64,000 nt of DNA, from contig MU053881.1 in the NCBI GenBank assembly GCA_013239625.1, positions 2,232,001-2,296,000 on the forward strand, read 5' to 3'. Below are positions 1-12,731 of this stretch, in pieces (the first letter of the stretch is position 1; the number at the start of each line of letters is the position of its first letter). The DNA comes from Lama guanicoe (taxonomy: Eukaryota). The notes under the pieces are model-generated. The model did not search any database and was not told the origin of the DNA. It was given only the letters and a program-made list of their open reading frames with translations. A program made the translations under genes and the position numbers.

Positions 1-88
1 GCTCCATTTCCTCAGAGGCCTCAAAGGACAAAGCTGGAGCCCCGGGTGCCCCCAGGAGGACCCCCAACAGGGCCAACAGCAGCCGCAT
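1..88 (-). CDS. FGFR4: Fibroblast growth factor receptor 4, first coding segment (exon 2, signal peptide); gene continues beyond the window start
   Basis: Minus strand from ATG at 88 reads MRLLLALLGVLLGAPGAPALSFEASEEME, matching the FGFR4 N-terminus; start context GGAGATGC. Confidence 0.95.
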   Translation of the reverse strand, partial: MRLLLALLGVLLGAPGAPALSFEASEEME

Positions 89-141
89 CTCCTTCCTGCT
101 ACTCACAGGGAGCCAGGCTGGGCTTCCCACCGACTGCCTTC
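89..141 (-). other. FGFR4: FGFR4 exon 2, 5' UTR part
   Basis: Acceptor tttgctctctctgtttcag|GAAGGCAGTCGGTGGGAAG... precedes the ATG; resembles the known FGFR4 5' UTR. Confidence 0.88.
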
Positions 142-919
142 CTGAAACAGAGAGAGCAAAGAACTCCTGCTAGTTGTGCACCTTGGCCGGCGAGATCCCC
201 TCATCTTGCAGATGAGGAAACTGAGACAGGAAATGGTCGGCAGACTTGTCCAAGCCCCTGCCAGGCTGCGGCAGGGCAGAGACTAGAACCAGCTCTGCTG
301 TAGTCAGAGCCCAAGGCCTCCCAAAGGTAGGTTGTGTGGGGGGTGGGCTGGGCTTCCTGCTCTCCTTGGGTCCTGCTGAGACCCTGGCACAAGTTCACAG
401 AAAGGGCAGTTTTCAGATTCTTTCCTTGGAGGGAAGCAGAGAACGGAGACATATCTTCTGCTGGCTCTCAGCACACATAATTTATTTTTTGCTGAATAAA
501 TGAATTTATTACTGAAGAGCCAGTAAAAAAAAAAATCTGAAATATAATACAAGACCAAACTCCAGCATCTGGATGTTATCTGATCTGCCCCCACTCCTGA
601 TGGCATTGCTGACATTTCCATGACCAGCTTTGGCTACCTCCAGGGGCAGGGCGCTCACTGCTAACACGGTAGCACATTCTATGGCAAGCAAAAGTTCTTC
701 CTCATTCTGAACCAGAATTGCATTCTGGGGATACCTCTGTGTTTTGTGCTCCCACGGCTCCATCTGAGGCATGCAAGCTCTTGTAAAGAATGTAGACTCC
801 AGTGTCTGACAGAGCCAACTTCAAATCCTGACGCTTACCAACTTGTGAGTCCCTGTCCCTCTCTGGGCCCACTGTCCTCACAGAACTGCTTTGAGGATAA
901 AAGAGAATGTATGGGAGCT

Positions 920-1060
920 GGGGGGAGGGTATGGCTCAGTGGCAGAGTCCGTGCTTAACATGCAGGAGGTCCTGGGTTCAATTCCCAGTACTAGCATTTA
1001 CAAAAATTAAAATAAATACATAAACTTAATTACCTCCCCCTATCCCAAACAAACAAAAAA
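920..1060 (+). mobile_element. Vic-1-like tRNA-derived SINE
   Basis: A box TGGCTCAGTGG, B box GGTTCAATTCC, tail motif ATAAACTTAATTACC, A-rich end. Confidence 0.85.
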
Positions 1061-2142
1061 GTGAATTTACGAAGGGACTGGGCACACAGAATGTTGGAAC
1101 GTTCTCCTCTCCCTCCCCTTCCCCATGACTGTCACCCTCGCTCTGCCCTCAGCCAGTCACCTCCGTTTCTGGTGCTGGTCCTGTCAGGTGTGATGTACGC
1201 ATGCTCCCCATCTAGTTACCATCCTCCCAATGCCACCAGTCTCTATCCCCCAAAAGGAACATTCAAAACTGAGCCTCAGCTCGGGTAGGGGAAGGTGATC
1301 TCTGGAGTCCCAGGAGAACTAACTGGCTCTCACCTGGAGCTGGGTGACAGTCAGGTGGCACTGGTGTCTCTGGACCTACCTTGCCTGGGAATCCCTCTGC
1401 ACCCTGTCCAGCTCTGGTTCCAAGGCAGGGGGCACTTAGCTTGTTCTGGCCAAAGCCATTATCTCTCCCTTCAAACTGCTCCTTCCCCGAGTTGCCCCCA
1501 CAGCTGGGGCATCACCTGTCCAGCTCCTATCCTCATCTCTCTCCCACTTTCAATCCATTCTTTAGTCCATTGCTTTAGTCCCTTTCCAGTAAGTCCTGCC
1601 TTCGCTGCCTGGTCATCTCTAGGTTGGACTTCTGCAAACATCTCCCTGGGCTCTCCAGCTGGGTATTAGAAATTACACATCTGCCATGTCGTACCCCACT
1701 CCAGCCCCTGCCCCAGCTTACAAGCCCTTAATGGCTGCCTGTGTGCAGCAGGATCCAGTCCACACTGCTCAGCCAGCATCCTAGGCCTCCATCCCTGCCC
1801 TTGTCAATCTCTTTGCCCTGACAGTCTGCTTCTTCAGCGCTGTGAAGCCTCTGGCTTTCAAGGCCAGGCATGTCTTTTCTCTTGGCTGCACCTCTGTACC
1901 TCCACTTCTCTTCTCCACCCGGCTTGGATGCCACTGTCTCTGTGCCCACTCCCGGTTTGGCCCCTCCTCTGTGAAATCCCCTCACCCTGCTCTGCTCTGC
2001 ATGGAGGGTAGCTCTCTGGGTTGGGAGGGGAGTGGGGAGGCCCAGGGATTTTATTTCCATCCCCTGGCAACCCTGATCTCAGAACCTCAGAACCTTAGTC
2101 GGGTCATACGCGGCCGCTGACGGACCGACCGCCCTGCACGTG

Positions 2143-2485
2143 GGGCCAAAGGGCTTGACTCTGGCATCGGGCAGCCCAGTGTTCTCCAGCCTTCCTCAGT
2201 GAAGCGCTGGGGGACCCTGGGCAAATGACTACACCCCTCGGAGCCTCATCTTCCTCGGGGCGCGCAGACGGTCCAGCAGCCGAGGGACCAGCGCCCGCCT
2301 TCTCCTCCTCCCCTACCCGGCCACCCTGGGGGGAAGTGCCAGTCGGCGGGTCCCGAAGGGGAGCTGCAGAGACAGCCGGCCCGCCCCCGCCTCGGTGGGC
2401 AATGAGTAACCAGCTCCGCGGCCAGGGTGCTCTTTGGACGGAGCGGGACAAAAGGCCCTGTGTGCGCTGCGGGTTACTGATTTAC
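2143..2485. promoter_or_regulatory. Candidate FGFR4 intron-1 enhancer (two HNF1-like and two HNF4/DR1-like sites)
   Basis: HNF1-like GGCAATGAGTAAC 2398-2410 and GTTACTGATTTAC 2473-2485; DR1-like GGGCCAAAGGGCT 2143-2155 and GGGACAAAAGGCC 2445-2457. Confidence 0.55.
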
Positions 2486-2672
2486 CGTCCCCTTCGCCCC
2501 CCTCCCTGCCCGCCGAGCGGACGCCCAGGTCCCCGGTGCTGGGAGGGGTGAGCTCCCGGAGCCCCGCCGCCGCTCGCCCCCTGGCGGCTGGGAGCGCAGC
2601 CTGGGCCCGCGCGGGGTCCCGGCTCACCTCGAACCTCCGCGGCCCCGCTCCCGGCTCAGGGTCCCGACTCAC

Positions 2673-2790
2673 CTGGGTCCTCCACGGCCTGGCTCCTAGC
2701 TCCCGGCAGCCCGGACCCCCGCGCCCACGGTGACAGCCGACTCAGCCCGGGAGCTGCTCAGCCCCGGGCCGGAGAGCCAGGAATGCCCCC
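2673..2790 (-). other. FGFR4: FGFR4 non-coding exon 1 (5' end approximate)
   Basis: Inside a CpG island; donor CAG|GTGAGT at 2673/2672; second donor GAG|GTGAGC at 2628/2627; about 2.5 kb upstream of exon 2. Confidence 0.75.
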
Positions 2791-3777
2791 GCGACAGCGG
2801 CGTGGCCGCGGGCAGCCCTGCGCCCCGCCCACCTCGGGTTCGCCTATTTCAGGCCCCGCCCCTCCTGGACCAGCTCTATCCTGACAGCGGCTCGGCCGGG
2901 AACAGCCCAGAGCCTCGCCCACCCCGGGTCCCGCCCTGCCTGGGCTAGCTCTGGACAGCGGACAGCACAGCGTCCAGCCCACTGGAAACCAGTTCTTGAA
3001 CCCAACAGCACGGATCGGCCTGCGGGGCTAGCCCCATCCTGGGGCTCGGCCCCAGCCTAGTGCACACCCCTTCACACCCGTCTCTTTTGCCCCACCCAGG
3101 CCAGGCTTCCAAGTTCTAGTCCATTGCTCCATCCTCTGCTTGTCACCCTTCAGGGAACAAGACCCAGCAGTCCTGACCCGCCGCTTACGCAGACCTTGGC
3201 CTAGCCTGGCTCCTCTGTCTTCCGCACAGTCGTCATACAGTGGTTAGCAGACTCCCTCTACCCACATCCTCATTATTTCTTTGCATAACCTTCAGAGTAA
3301 TATTTAAAATACAGCTCTGACTGTACCAAACACAACCACCCCTTTAAAACTTTCCAGTAGCTTCCTATAGAGATTCTAGGCATGACCTGCACCACCCCCC
3401 ACCCCCACCTCTAGCACATGTCTCCCGATGAAGCCTTCAATCACTTCTTTGCTCCCACCCTACCTCTGGGCCTTTGCACATGTGTTCTACTTCCTGGAAT
3501 GATCTTTCCCCTCTAGGTCTGGTTAGTTCCATCCCATTCTTAGTCTTAGCTCAGAGAAGCCCTCTGAACTTGCCAGGTTCCTCTTCTGTGTCTTCTTTCC
3601 CGTGAGTATGGAGAAAGAAGCAGGGAGTGAAGTGCACAGATTGCAGAACTCAGATCTCAGCACATCACACATGGCCTTGTCAAGTTACTCCATCCCTGTG
3701 TCTTCATTTTCTCATCAGTAAGACTGGTATAATGATAGTACCATCCTCCAAAAGTGGTTGCAGAAAGTAGACACGTT

Positions 3778-4455
3778 CTCCTCATACACTATTGGTGGGA
3801 ATGTAAACTGGTGCAACCACTGCGGAAAATAGTATGGAGGTTTCTCAAAAAACTAAAAATAGAACTACCATATAACCCAGCAATTCTACTCCTGGGTATA
3901 TATCCAAAACCCCGGCCCTGGTACCTCCATTAAAAAATAACAATAAATAAATAAACCTAATTACCCCCCACAAAGGAGATGTGGTATATAAATACACACA
4001 CAAAGTGGAATACTATTCAACCATGAAAAACAATAAAGCTGCCATTTACAAAAACATGGATGGACTTGGAGGGTATCATGCTAAGTGAAATAAGTCAGAC
4101 AGAGAAAGACAAATACCACATGGTATCACTTACATGTGGAATCAAGAAAATGAAGTAAACTAGTGAATATAACAAAGTGAAACAGACTCAGAGATACAGG
4201 GAACAAACTAGTGGTTACCAGTGGGGAGAGAGGGGAGGGGCAAGATAAGGGTAGGGGGTTAAGAGGTACAAACTATTATGCGTAAAATAAATAAGGTACA
4301 AAGATATGTTGTACAGCACAGGGAACATAGCCAACATTCTATAATAATGATACATGGAGTATAATCTTTAAAAATTGAGAATCATTATGTTGCACACCTG
4401 TAACTTATATACTATTGTATATATTACCAAATATACCTCAATAAAAAGAAAAAAC
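3778..4455 (+). mobile_element. 5'-truncated L1 (end of ORF2 plus 3' UTR) inserted in a MIR, with a SINE tail fragment at ~3910-3973
   Basis: Typical L1 3' sequence (GGTGGGAATGTAAACTGGTGCAACCAC ... CAATAAAAAG); flanking near-duplication AGTAGACACGTT / AGTAGACATGTT. Confidence 0.85.
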
Positions 4456-5813
4456 AGTAGACATGTTGCTACCTGTAAGCCTTTAGAAAGCTGCCTGACA
4501 TACAGTACTTGCTTTGCAATGTTAACTGTGATTATTCAGGACCCGTTATTTCCTCATCACACATTCCAAAATTGTAACTAAACAGTTAATTCTGTAAATA
4601 GAAGGCAGGAGCTGCCTGCAGACCACACCATTGTATCTCAAGTGCCTGGCACCCAGTAGGTGCGCCCCAAATAGCTACACCGCCCCGCTCCTAACTCAGG
4701 TCCGCCTCACCTGCGAGCTCTTCTCTCCTGGGGAACACGACCGTGGCCACATAGGAGGTCAGCTTTGACTTCTGCCCAACCCTCACCTAAGTCCAAGCCC
4801 TGTGCCCCTCTGAAGGCTTCTGGAAGGAGAAAGGAGACCCTTCAACTGGGGTCTCAGGCTCACCTCCCGGTTAGCCCTCGGGCTGGCGGAGACCTGCCCT
4901 CGCGCATACAGCTTCCTTTCCCATTGTTATGTGGAGAAGTTGAACTCTCTCCACCCTTGTTCCTCACAGATAGAGGCTTTTCCTTTGCATAACTAAAAGG
5001 CCCATTAAAGTGATTTTTTCCCTTTTCCTTCTCAAACAAAAGAATGCTCTCCTCCCAAAGATAAATCGGAAAATAATGGGTTATTTTGAAAAACCATTTG
5101 TCCTGATTCCCCTCCTCCAGGGTCCATTCTTGCTGGAGTACCCAGGAAAGTTGAGGCTCCTGGCACTGGGGGTGCCCAGCGAATGGGAGCTTCCTGCCCA
5201 GAGAGGCCCTCACCAGACCTTCTGGACTCCCGGGGAGATTCAGCTCGCTGCCTCTGATCTTCTTTTGGCTCCTCGGCAAGTGTGGTTGTTGGGGGACGGG
5301 GTCAGTTGCCCGCAGGAGCTGGACCCCACACAGCTTTCATTCAACTTCCAGGCACTTCGAAGGTTTACCTGAGCCAAAGGCAAAATAAGGCTTTCATAGT
5401 CCAGGTTGTGCAATCTCCCCGTCCCCGGAGATGCCCAAGTCCTTCAAACTGACAACCCTGCCCACCCCTTGCCTCTGCAACCCTATGTCCGGCCCTCCTC
5501 CCACACTCACAGCCTCTCACACTGACCCTCTGCGAAGTCTGACACTCTTTCGCAGGGTCATCACTCATTCATTCACTCATTCATTTGCCAAGCGTTTATT
5601 GACGGTTCCTTACGTGGCATGCACTGTTCTAAATCCTAGGGATAAAGCTTCTGACCTTGGAGTGGGGGAGATAGATAAGTAAACAGAGCACAGGAGGAGA
5701 CATGCGGGGGGAGGCTGGGAGAGGCATTCAAGCCTGTCTCCCCTTCACGGTCTTGCTCTCTTGCTAACAATCTGTCACCAGTCACACTTGCAATCTCTCT
5801 CAAAGACTTTCAA

Positions 5814-5846
<33 letters not shown>

Positions 5847-5848
5847 CA
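5814..5848. repeat. (CA)n microsatellite
   Basis: Seen directly. Confidence 0.95.
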
Positions 5849-6380
5849 GGCCTAGCAGGGGCTCAGGAGGCAGCCATTCTACCATGTTGCCTTTAGCCTG
5901 CCTCTGCCTCAGTTTCTCCATCTAGAAAATGGGCACACTCCTACTTCCTTTATCTCAGGGGTGTCAGAGGAAATGAATGAGTTCAGCGATGCGGCTGGGT
6001 GGGTTTCACCAGAACAGGAAGCAGGCAAGAAGTCTTCACCTTGGCTGAGCTCCCACTGTGCCAGGCACCCTGCTAAGCTGGGTATTATACATCCATTATA
6101 TCCTTTGATCCTTCCCCCAAGCCAGAGGGGAGTAGGCAGCCTTGGCTCCCTTTTGCCAGTGAGGAAACAGAAGCTCTGGCGAATGGAATGACTGGTCTGA
6201 AGTCACAAAGCAAGTGAAGAACAGAAGTGAGACTTGAGCCCTAATCTTTTGGGACAAAAAGGGGAGGGAGAGCTCAAGGTGATTCTCCACAGAGCTGGGA
6301 GAGTTGGTGCTAACCCATCAGCTCGCTTCTGCCCCCATCCTTAACTGTGGCCCGGAAAGGGGGAGATTCACTTGAAGGTC

Positions 6381-6403
6381 TGTGCGTGTGCGTGTGCATG
6401 TGC

Positions 6404-6428
<25 letters not shown>
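6381..6428. repeat. (TG)n/(TGCG) alternating purine-pyrimidine microsatellite
   Basis: Seen directly. Confidence 0.95.
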
Positions 6429-6434
<6 letters not shown>

Positions 6435-9400
6435 GGCTGGGCGTTGCTCTCCCGGCCAGTACTGATGGGGCACCTATGAAGCACTAGGCCCCAGGCAGGG
6501 GGTGGCAGGCTCTGGGATCCTGGAGTGCAAGGCTGGGCTGGGAGGGACTCCTGAGGCCAGGCCCCACCTCTCACCTGCCTGGGAGCAGAGTTGGAGGAAG
6601 GGGGCAGACATCGCCTGGTGCCAACCATGTTGTTCTTGGATGGCAGCCGGGCGCAGGGAACACTGGGGCTCTTGTGCAGAAGGGCTGCCCTGAGCCCCTG
6701 CCCAGGCCCCACTCCAGCACAGGCCTGGCCCCATCCTCTGACCTAGTCCTGTGTTTTCTGGTCTTCTTTCGTTCATTTCTTTCTTTTAAAACAATTTTTA
6801 TTTTGAGGAAGTTTTATAATATAGAAAAAGTATGCAGGGCCTTAGCATACGGTTGCTACTCAGAATCGACAGGCATTATTACACCGTTTTTCTCCCCAAC
6901 CCTTTTCTCCTCTGGTTTCTCCCACAGCCTCCCGGGAGCTCTGGCTTGGCTTGTCGAAATGGAGGTGACAGTGACAGCAACTGAGTGGTGAAAGTGTGTT
7001 AGAGCCAGGCAGGTGAGGGTCTGAATGCTGAAAACTTTGTGACCTTAGGTAGGTGACCTAACATTACGCCTCAGTTTCATCTTCCATAAAATGGGAACAA
7101 CGGCTCTCCTGTGAGGACTCAGTGAGACGCTGATGTGTTTGAAGTCTCATGCACACAGCCCACGCTCAGGACAGCGTAGCCCATACTAACACTAGCAACT
7201 ATGGGCCTGGGTAGGACCCAATCCAAGGTATGGGAAATACACTCCTATGACCAAGAAGGAGGGACTGTGAGGGTCATCTCTCCTCCAGTCCTTGTATCTC
7301 CTCATTCCTCACCCACTGGGCACATCTGCATGCAATTTCTACTCTGGGGACAGCAAAGCCATGAATTGCAGGCGGCCCAGGTCCTGGCGCTGATGTAGGC
7401 AGTCTGGGAGCGCTCTCTCCCGGAGGACCCTAGGACCAAGCACGACGGAAGGGATGGACTAGGAGGGGTCTAAGACACTCTCTAGGCTAGTTCTGGTACT
7501 TTTCAGAGCCTCAGCATCACCTCTGGTCCCCTTGTCCCTGGTCTCAGATACTGTGGGCCTGTGTCCTGGCTTGTTAGGATGGGGGTGTCTGGGGCTTTCA
7601 TGGTTTGCCAGACTCAGGTCTCTCTAGACTTGGGTGTACACCCACTGGGTCTTGGTATGAACATTTGTTTGGGGACGGGAGGGGGCCTGGACAGCTGGAA
7701 AGTGGCAGAGGCTAGGCGGGAAGGGTTAGAGGGTTGGTGGTCTGAAGGGGATCAGGAAACTAGCCCCAGAGGGACCTTCACCCTCTCCTACCTTACGTGA
7801 TGCCCATCTGGACCGTGTAGGGTTTTGTTTAGGCATAAATAATAGAAAACTTAAATGACCAGAGCTTAAAGAAAATGAGGGTTTATTCATCCTTCACTGA
7901 GTCCCAAGTCTGGAGGTAGGTGAGGGTGGGTCTGAAGTCATTAGGGTTACAGTCTCTTCAATTCTCCAGACTTTTCCCTCATGGTTGCAAGATAGTAGCT
8001 TCAGCTCCTGCCATCACATCTGTGTTCAGGCAGAAAGAAGGAAGAAACCACAAATAGTTATATCTGCACTCAGCAACTGATTTTCTCTCTTTGGCCAGAT
8101 TGTGACACGTGGCCATGACTTGCTACAAAGGAGGCTGGGAAGTAGAAATACTTATTCAGGTGGACACATCATCTCCCCTAACAAAACTGGGGTCTACTAA
8201 AAAGAAGGGGTGCCTGAGCACCCTGAGCACTGGGCAAGCACCTAACAGCCTCTACATCATGAGTCTCCTCGTCAGCCCCGCAGTGACTTCTTTAGAACAA
8301 TCACTGCTTGGCTTCGACTACTCTCTCCCCACCACCCACTGGCGTCCCCAGCTCCTCAGCCTGGCGTTCACAGCCCTTCAAGATTGGCCTCTGCTGCTTT
8401 CTCCTGTCCCCTCTCCCTAGGGACGCTGGCTCTGTTTTCCAGCTGCACTGAGCTCCAGGCAGGGCCTCCTGAACAGGTCTGATCTGTCACACGTCGGTGC
8501 CTCTGCACTCGCTGTTCCAGTTGCTGGGAGTATCCTTTCTGGGTCCTGCCCTCCCCTCCTCCTCTCCCTCCAGCCATCCCACCAGACGCTTGCCACTCAG
8601 CTTTCTGGACTCCTCTCAGGCATTCCTTCTTCTCTGAGACCCTTCCTGACCACCCTGAATTGAACATGTAAACCCCTTTCCTCTCTTTGGAATCAGCCCC
8701 TTAATTTTTTTGAGGTCCTAGCCCTCTCCTGCTCCAAATCCACAAGAAGTTTGCGAGAAGCCAAAACTTTTCCCTGGCTCCTGTGGTGGGCATGTGCCCC
8801 TGGACCTGGACAACGAGAATATTCCATCCCTAGCCTATCGTGACTGGGTGAGGGATGAGTATGTGCCCCAAGCAGGGCCAGGGAGAGCCAGGCAGGGCCT
8901 TTTATTGAAAAACTAACATTCTCAGAGGTTACTAAGGTATGACTTTGGAAGCCTAGAGCTGCTTGAGAAAATCTGCCTGTGAAGGAAGCATAGGAAACAC
9001 AGGAAACAAGAGGGCTAAGAGATGGAGCCTGGATCGAGCCATACCTGAAGTCAATTACCTCTTTGAACACTTCATTTCTGTGAGCCAAATACTTTTTTTC
9101 TTAAGTTAATTTGACTTAAAAAAAAACTCTTTATAAATAAAAGGCTCCTAATAAATATCCTCCCCAGGAGAAACTGCTCCTCCTTCCTCGGTTTCCACCA
9201 TCCTCTTGGGCCAGACTACTCATCTGTTAGCAAATTCAGCATGTCATTACTCCTATTTGTTTCAGATCTTTCAATAACTTCCCATTGTTTTTAGAATAAA
9301 GACGTGTACTGGTTATCTATTACTGCATAACAAATTACCCCAAAATTTAGTGGCTTAAAATAACAAACACTTGGCTGGCTGTTGGCAGGAGACCTCCACC

Positions 9401-9554
9401 TCTCTCCACCTGAGCCTTTCCACGGGGCTGTTTGAGTATCTTCAGGACGTGTCAGGTGGTTTTCTTCAGAGCTGGTGATCCAAGAAAGACTGACTGCATG
9501 TCTTTTATGATTTACTCTCAGAGTCACACTCCATCATTTCTACCTTACACTAGA

Positions 9555-9676
9555 TTTTTTTTTGTGGGGGAAGTAATTAGGTTTATTTATTTATTTTGAA
9601 AGGGGGTACTGAGGATTGAACCCAGGACTCTGCATGCTAAGCATGCGCTTAGCAATTTGAGCTCTACCCTTTCCCC
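9555..9676 (-). mobile_element. Vic-1-like SINE
   Basis: Reverse-complement SINE head and tail; flanked by TTCTACCTTA repeats. Confidence 0.85.
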
Positions 9677-9770
9677 TTCTACCTTATTCTAATTGTCAGA
9701 AGTGAGTCACTAGTTACAGCCCAGACAGGGTGGGGAGTACGGTAGGGGGAGAGAAAATTAAATTTGACTT

Positions 9771-9937
9771 TAAAAAAATATTTAATTTATTTCTTATTAT
9801 GTTATTTAATTATTTTATTCTGGAGAGGAAGGGGAGGTAATTAGGTTTATTTATTTTTAGAGGAAGTACAGGGGATTGAACCCAGGACCTCATGCATGCT
9901 AAGCATGTGCTCTACCACTTGAGCAATACTCTCCCTC
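9771..9937 (-). mobile_element. Vic-1-like SINE
   Basis: GGTAATTAGGTTTATT ... GGATTGAACCCAGGACCTCATGCATGCTAAGC. Confidence 0.85.
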
Positions 9938-11339
9938 CTTGATTTTTTGAAGAAAGGAATATATAAAAAAAATGCATAGACTTATTTTAAAACCACCATA
10001 AGACCAGATCTTACACTGGTGTTTGCCATCTGAACCCTTTCCTAAGGTTTGGGAAACACCCCACTTTCTGTGGCAGAGTTCATTCACCTCTTATGATAGA
10101 AGCTGAAACACTGTTCCTTAGTTTTGTCTTCCAGCTGTGACCTAAGTTCTGCCATTTCATGCCATCCGCTCCAGAGACCCAGGAGGAATGTTCCCTGGTG
10201 GGGGCTGTGGTGACAAGACTGAGCTCCTGGGCACAAGGCAGTGAAATCTTGTCCAGTGTCCGGGCCGGCTGGGTTAGTGGCTTAGGCAGCAGTGTCCAGT
10301 GCTTACTGTTGGTGGGGACAATGGTGTCCTTTCTGTGCCTGTTCTGCGATGTGATACGGGCAAGATGCTGGTTATGTAGTCCAAGCCCAGTTCTTTAGTG
10401 CTCTGGGCAGTTTTGTGAAATTAAACTAGCTAGAGTTTGTTCCGGTTCCTTTCAGCTGAAAATCTGGAGGGACCTGGCTCCTGCCAGTCTCCCTGCTTAT
10501 CTGGGGTGACACACTCTCCCTCCTTCAAGGTGCCAAGCGTCTTCTTGCCTCGGGGCCTGGCACGTGCTGCTCCCTCAGCCTGGAACATCACCTCCCCTTC
10601 CCTCTTCACCCGCAGCCTAATTCTTACTCAAGCTTCAAGTCTCAGCTTGGATGTCACTTCTCAGGGAGACTTTCCTGCCCCACCCCCAGCCTAGCCTCAG
10701 TCCTTCTGTTATACGCCCTGGCTGTCATCTTCCTTCCCAGTGCTTGATGACAATTGTAATGAGTCATTTGTCCCCATGGGGTCCTCTAGGACAGAGATGT
10801 GTCTCATTCCAGGGTCCTGGCATACTGTAGGCACTGAGGAAAAAAAAATTCCCTTTCCCCCATGCTCCAGGGACCTCTCTCCTACTCTATCATCCCTCTG
10901 CCAGGAACTGCTCAGCCTCTATCAAACTTCCTGGCCCTCAGGGAACATTCTCATTCAGGTGCAAGTAACAGATATCCCAGCTCCAAATGGGCTTAAGCAA
11001 AACAGTGAATTGATGGGTTTTTGCATTTTAAAGACCAAGGGCGGATGGTCTTCAGGAAGAGTTGGGTCAGGCCTCATTCCCTTTTTTGCTTTCTTCTCTA
11101 GGGCTGGATTCTCCAGCAAATGACCCACAAGAAGGGACAAAGAAAGCTAGCAATAGCTCTGGGCTCAAGACCCTCCCATTTAGCGATTCCTTCCCCAAAT
11201 TTCTAGCTGAAGCCTGTAGGGTAGAGGTCACTGACACATGAGCTGAGGGTGGGGCTCCTCCAGGAAAATCCAATGGTAGGAAGAAAGGTAAATAGACACC
11301 AGGAGGCCAGAAGAGGGTATGGTTACTCATCCTGGTGAT

Positions 11340-11830
11340 TCTGTGATTCTTTACTGCACAATGAACCATTCTCAAACTTAGTGATTTGAAGCATTAATAT
11401 TCCTCATGATTCTGTGGATCAGCTGGGCTCAGCTTGGCAGTTCTTCTGCTGGCACTAGCTGAGATCACCCATGCGGTGGCTCCACCTAAACCGGAGGGTC
11501 TAAGACGGTCTCCTTCATATTTACGGAGCTGGCTGCCGGCTTCTCCTTCCATGTGGTCTCTCAGTTCCGTGCGATCTAGCCCAGATTTCTTTTCATGGGG
11601 GCAGGAGTGGAAGCTTCAGAGCTGAAGTCCTAGCCTTGAAAGTTGCGCAGTGTCACATTACTGCATTCTCTGAACGAAACAAACCTCGAGTCCAGCCCAG
11701 ATTCAAGGGATTGGGAAGTGGATGCCCCATCTGGATGCCTAGAGTGACCAAGCCACATTGCAAAAAGGCACAGACCCAGGGAGGCAAAGAATCAGGAGAG
11801 GCCATTTTTGAAACAATCTACTATACCCCT
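11340..11830 (-). mobile_element. MLT1-type LTR remnant
   Basis: AAACTTAGTGATTTGAAGC ... CTCATGATTCTGTGG ... CAGCCCAGATTCAAGG motifs; boundaries approximate. Confidence 0.55.
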
Positions 11831-12731
11831 TAACCTGCAACTGACCTCTTCTATGTCCCTTCACTCTCTCCCCACCCAGAACCTGGTTGCTTTGATCTTG
11901 GTAACCACTTGAGGCCCAGCTCCTTTAAGGAGCCTTTGTGTAAATTCCCAGCAATGGTCCCTACCAGCCCATACTCATTTTTATTCACTTATCCATCAAT
12001 GCGCTCAATCACCAAGCTGTCATTAAGACCATCATAGTCCTACACTGAGCACCAGGGACCAGGGTGATGAAGAAGATCCAGTCCCTGCCCTCAAAGAGTT
12101 TCTAGTCTAAAGAGGAGACAGGGAATTCAACAGATCATTACACAGAATATAAAGAGTAATGCCAGAGGGGGCTCAGGGCACCTGGGAGCACAGGAGGGCA
12201 GCCAACTCAGCCTTGGGGTCAGTGACTTTCTCAGGATGAAGAGAGATCTCCAGGTTGATAAGCGAAGTTAGAGCTGTCCTTATGTGTGGGCAAAGACGGC
12301 TACTAACAGCTCCAGACTTATGATTCTGATTGCCCTTATCTGGGCCACAGGGTCACTCCTGGAACCAGGGAGTGGGGTCAGTCTCTCTGAGCCACAGGGT
12401 CTGAAAATGGAACAGAGATATTACCCATGGGAAGAGAGTGAAAGAAAGGCTGATAAGCAGGCTGGACACCAGGTGTGCTCCCAGGCAGGTGACTAAATTA
12501 CAGCCCTCAGATTTGTCCCCCAGAGGGATGCCTGGTGAGGCAAGCGAAGACTTGAGAGCATGGGGTCATATCTCTTTATGGCTATGTTTCGTTGTGTAAG
12601 CGTTGCAAGATTTTGCCTCTGAGTTTCTCCTGTGCAACTGAGCCTTGTCAAGTGGTTTTGAGGGCTAAATGAAATATGAAATACAGAGGCTCAGGAAAAG
12701 TCAGCCTATTCTCTTTGGCATTAAATCAAAC

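Larger units (their letters stand above)
2090..3060. promoter_or_regulatory. FGFR4: FGFR4 CpG island: promoter plus proximal intron 1
   Basis: Very GC/CpG-rich; GC box (GGCCCCGCCC ~2852-2861); no canonical TATA. Confidence 0.85.
9305..10000 (-). mobile_element. MLT1-type (ERVL-MaLR) LTR remnant interrupted by two SINEs
   Basis: Characteristic TATCTATTACTGCATAACAAATTACCCCAAAATTTAGTGGCTTAAAA motif; boundaries approximate. Confidence 0.6.

Noticed and set aside
920..995. tRNA-like heads with A and B boxes (about ten copies across the window)
   Set aside because: Each continues into the SINE tail and lacks a proper cloverleaf, so these are SINEs rather than tRNA genes.
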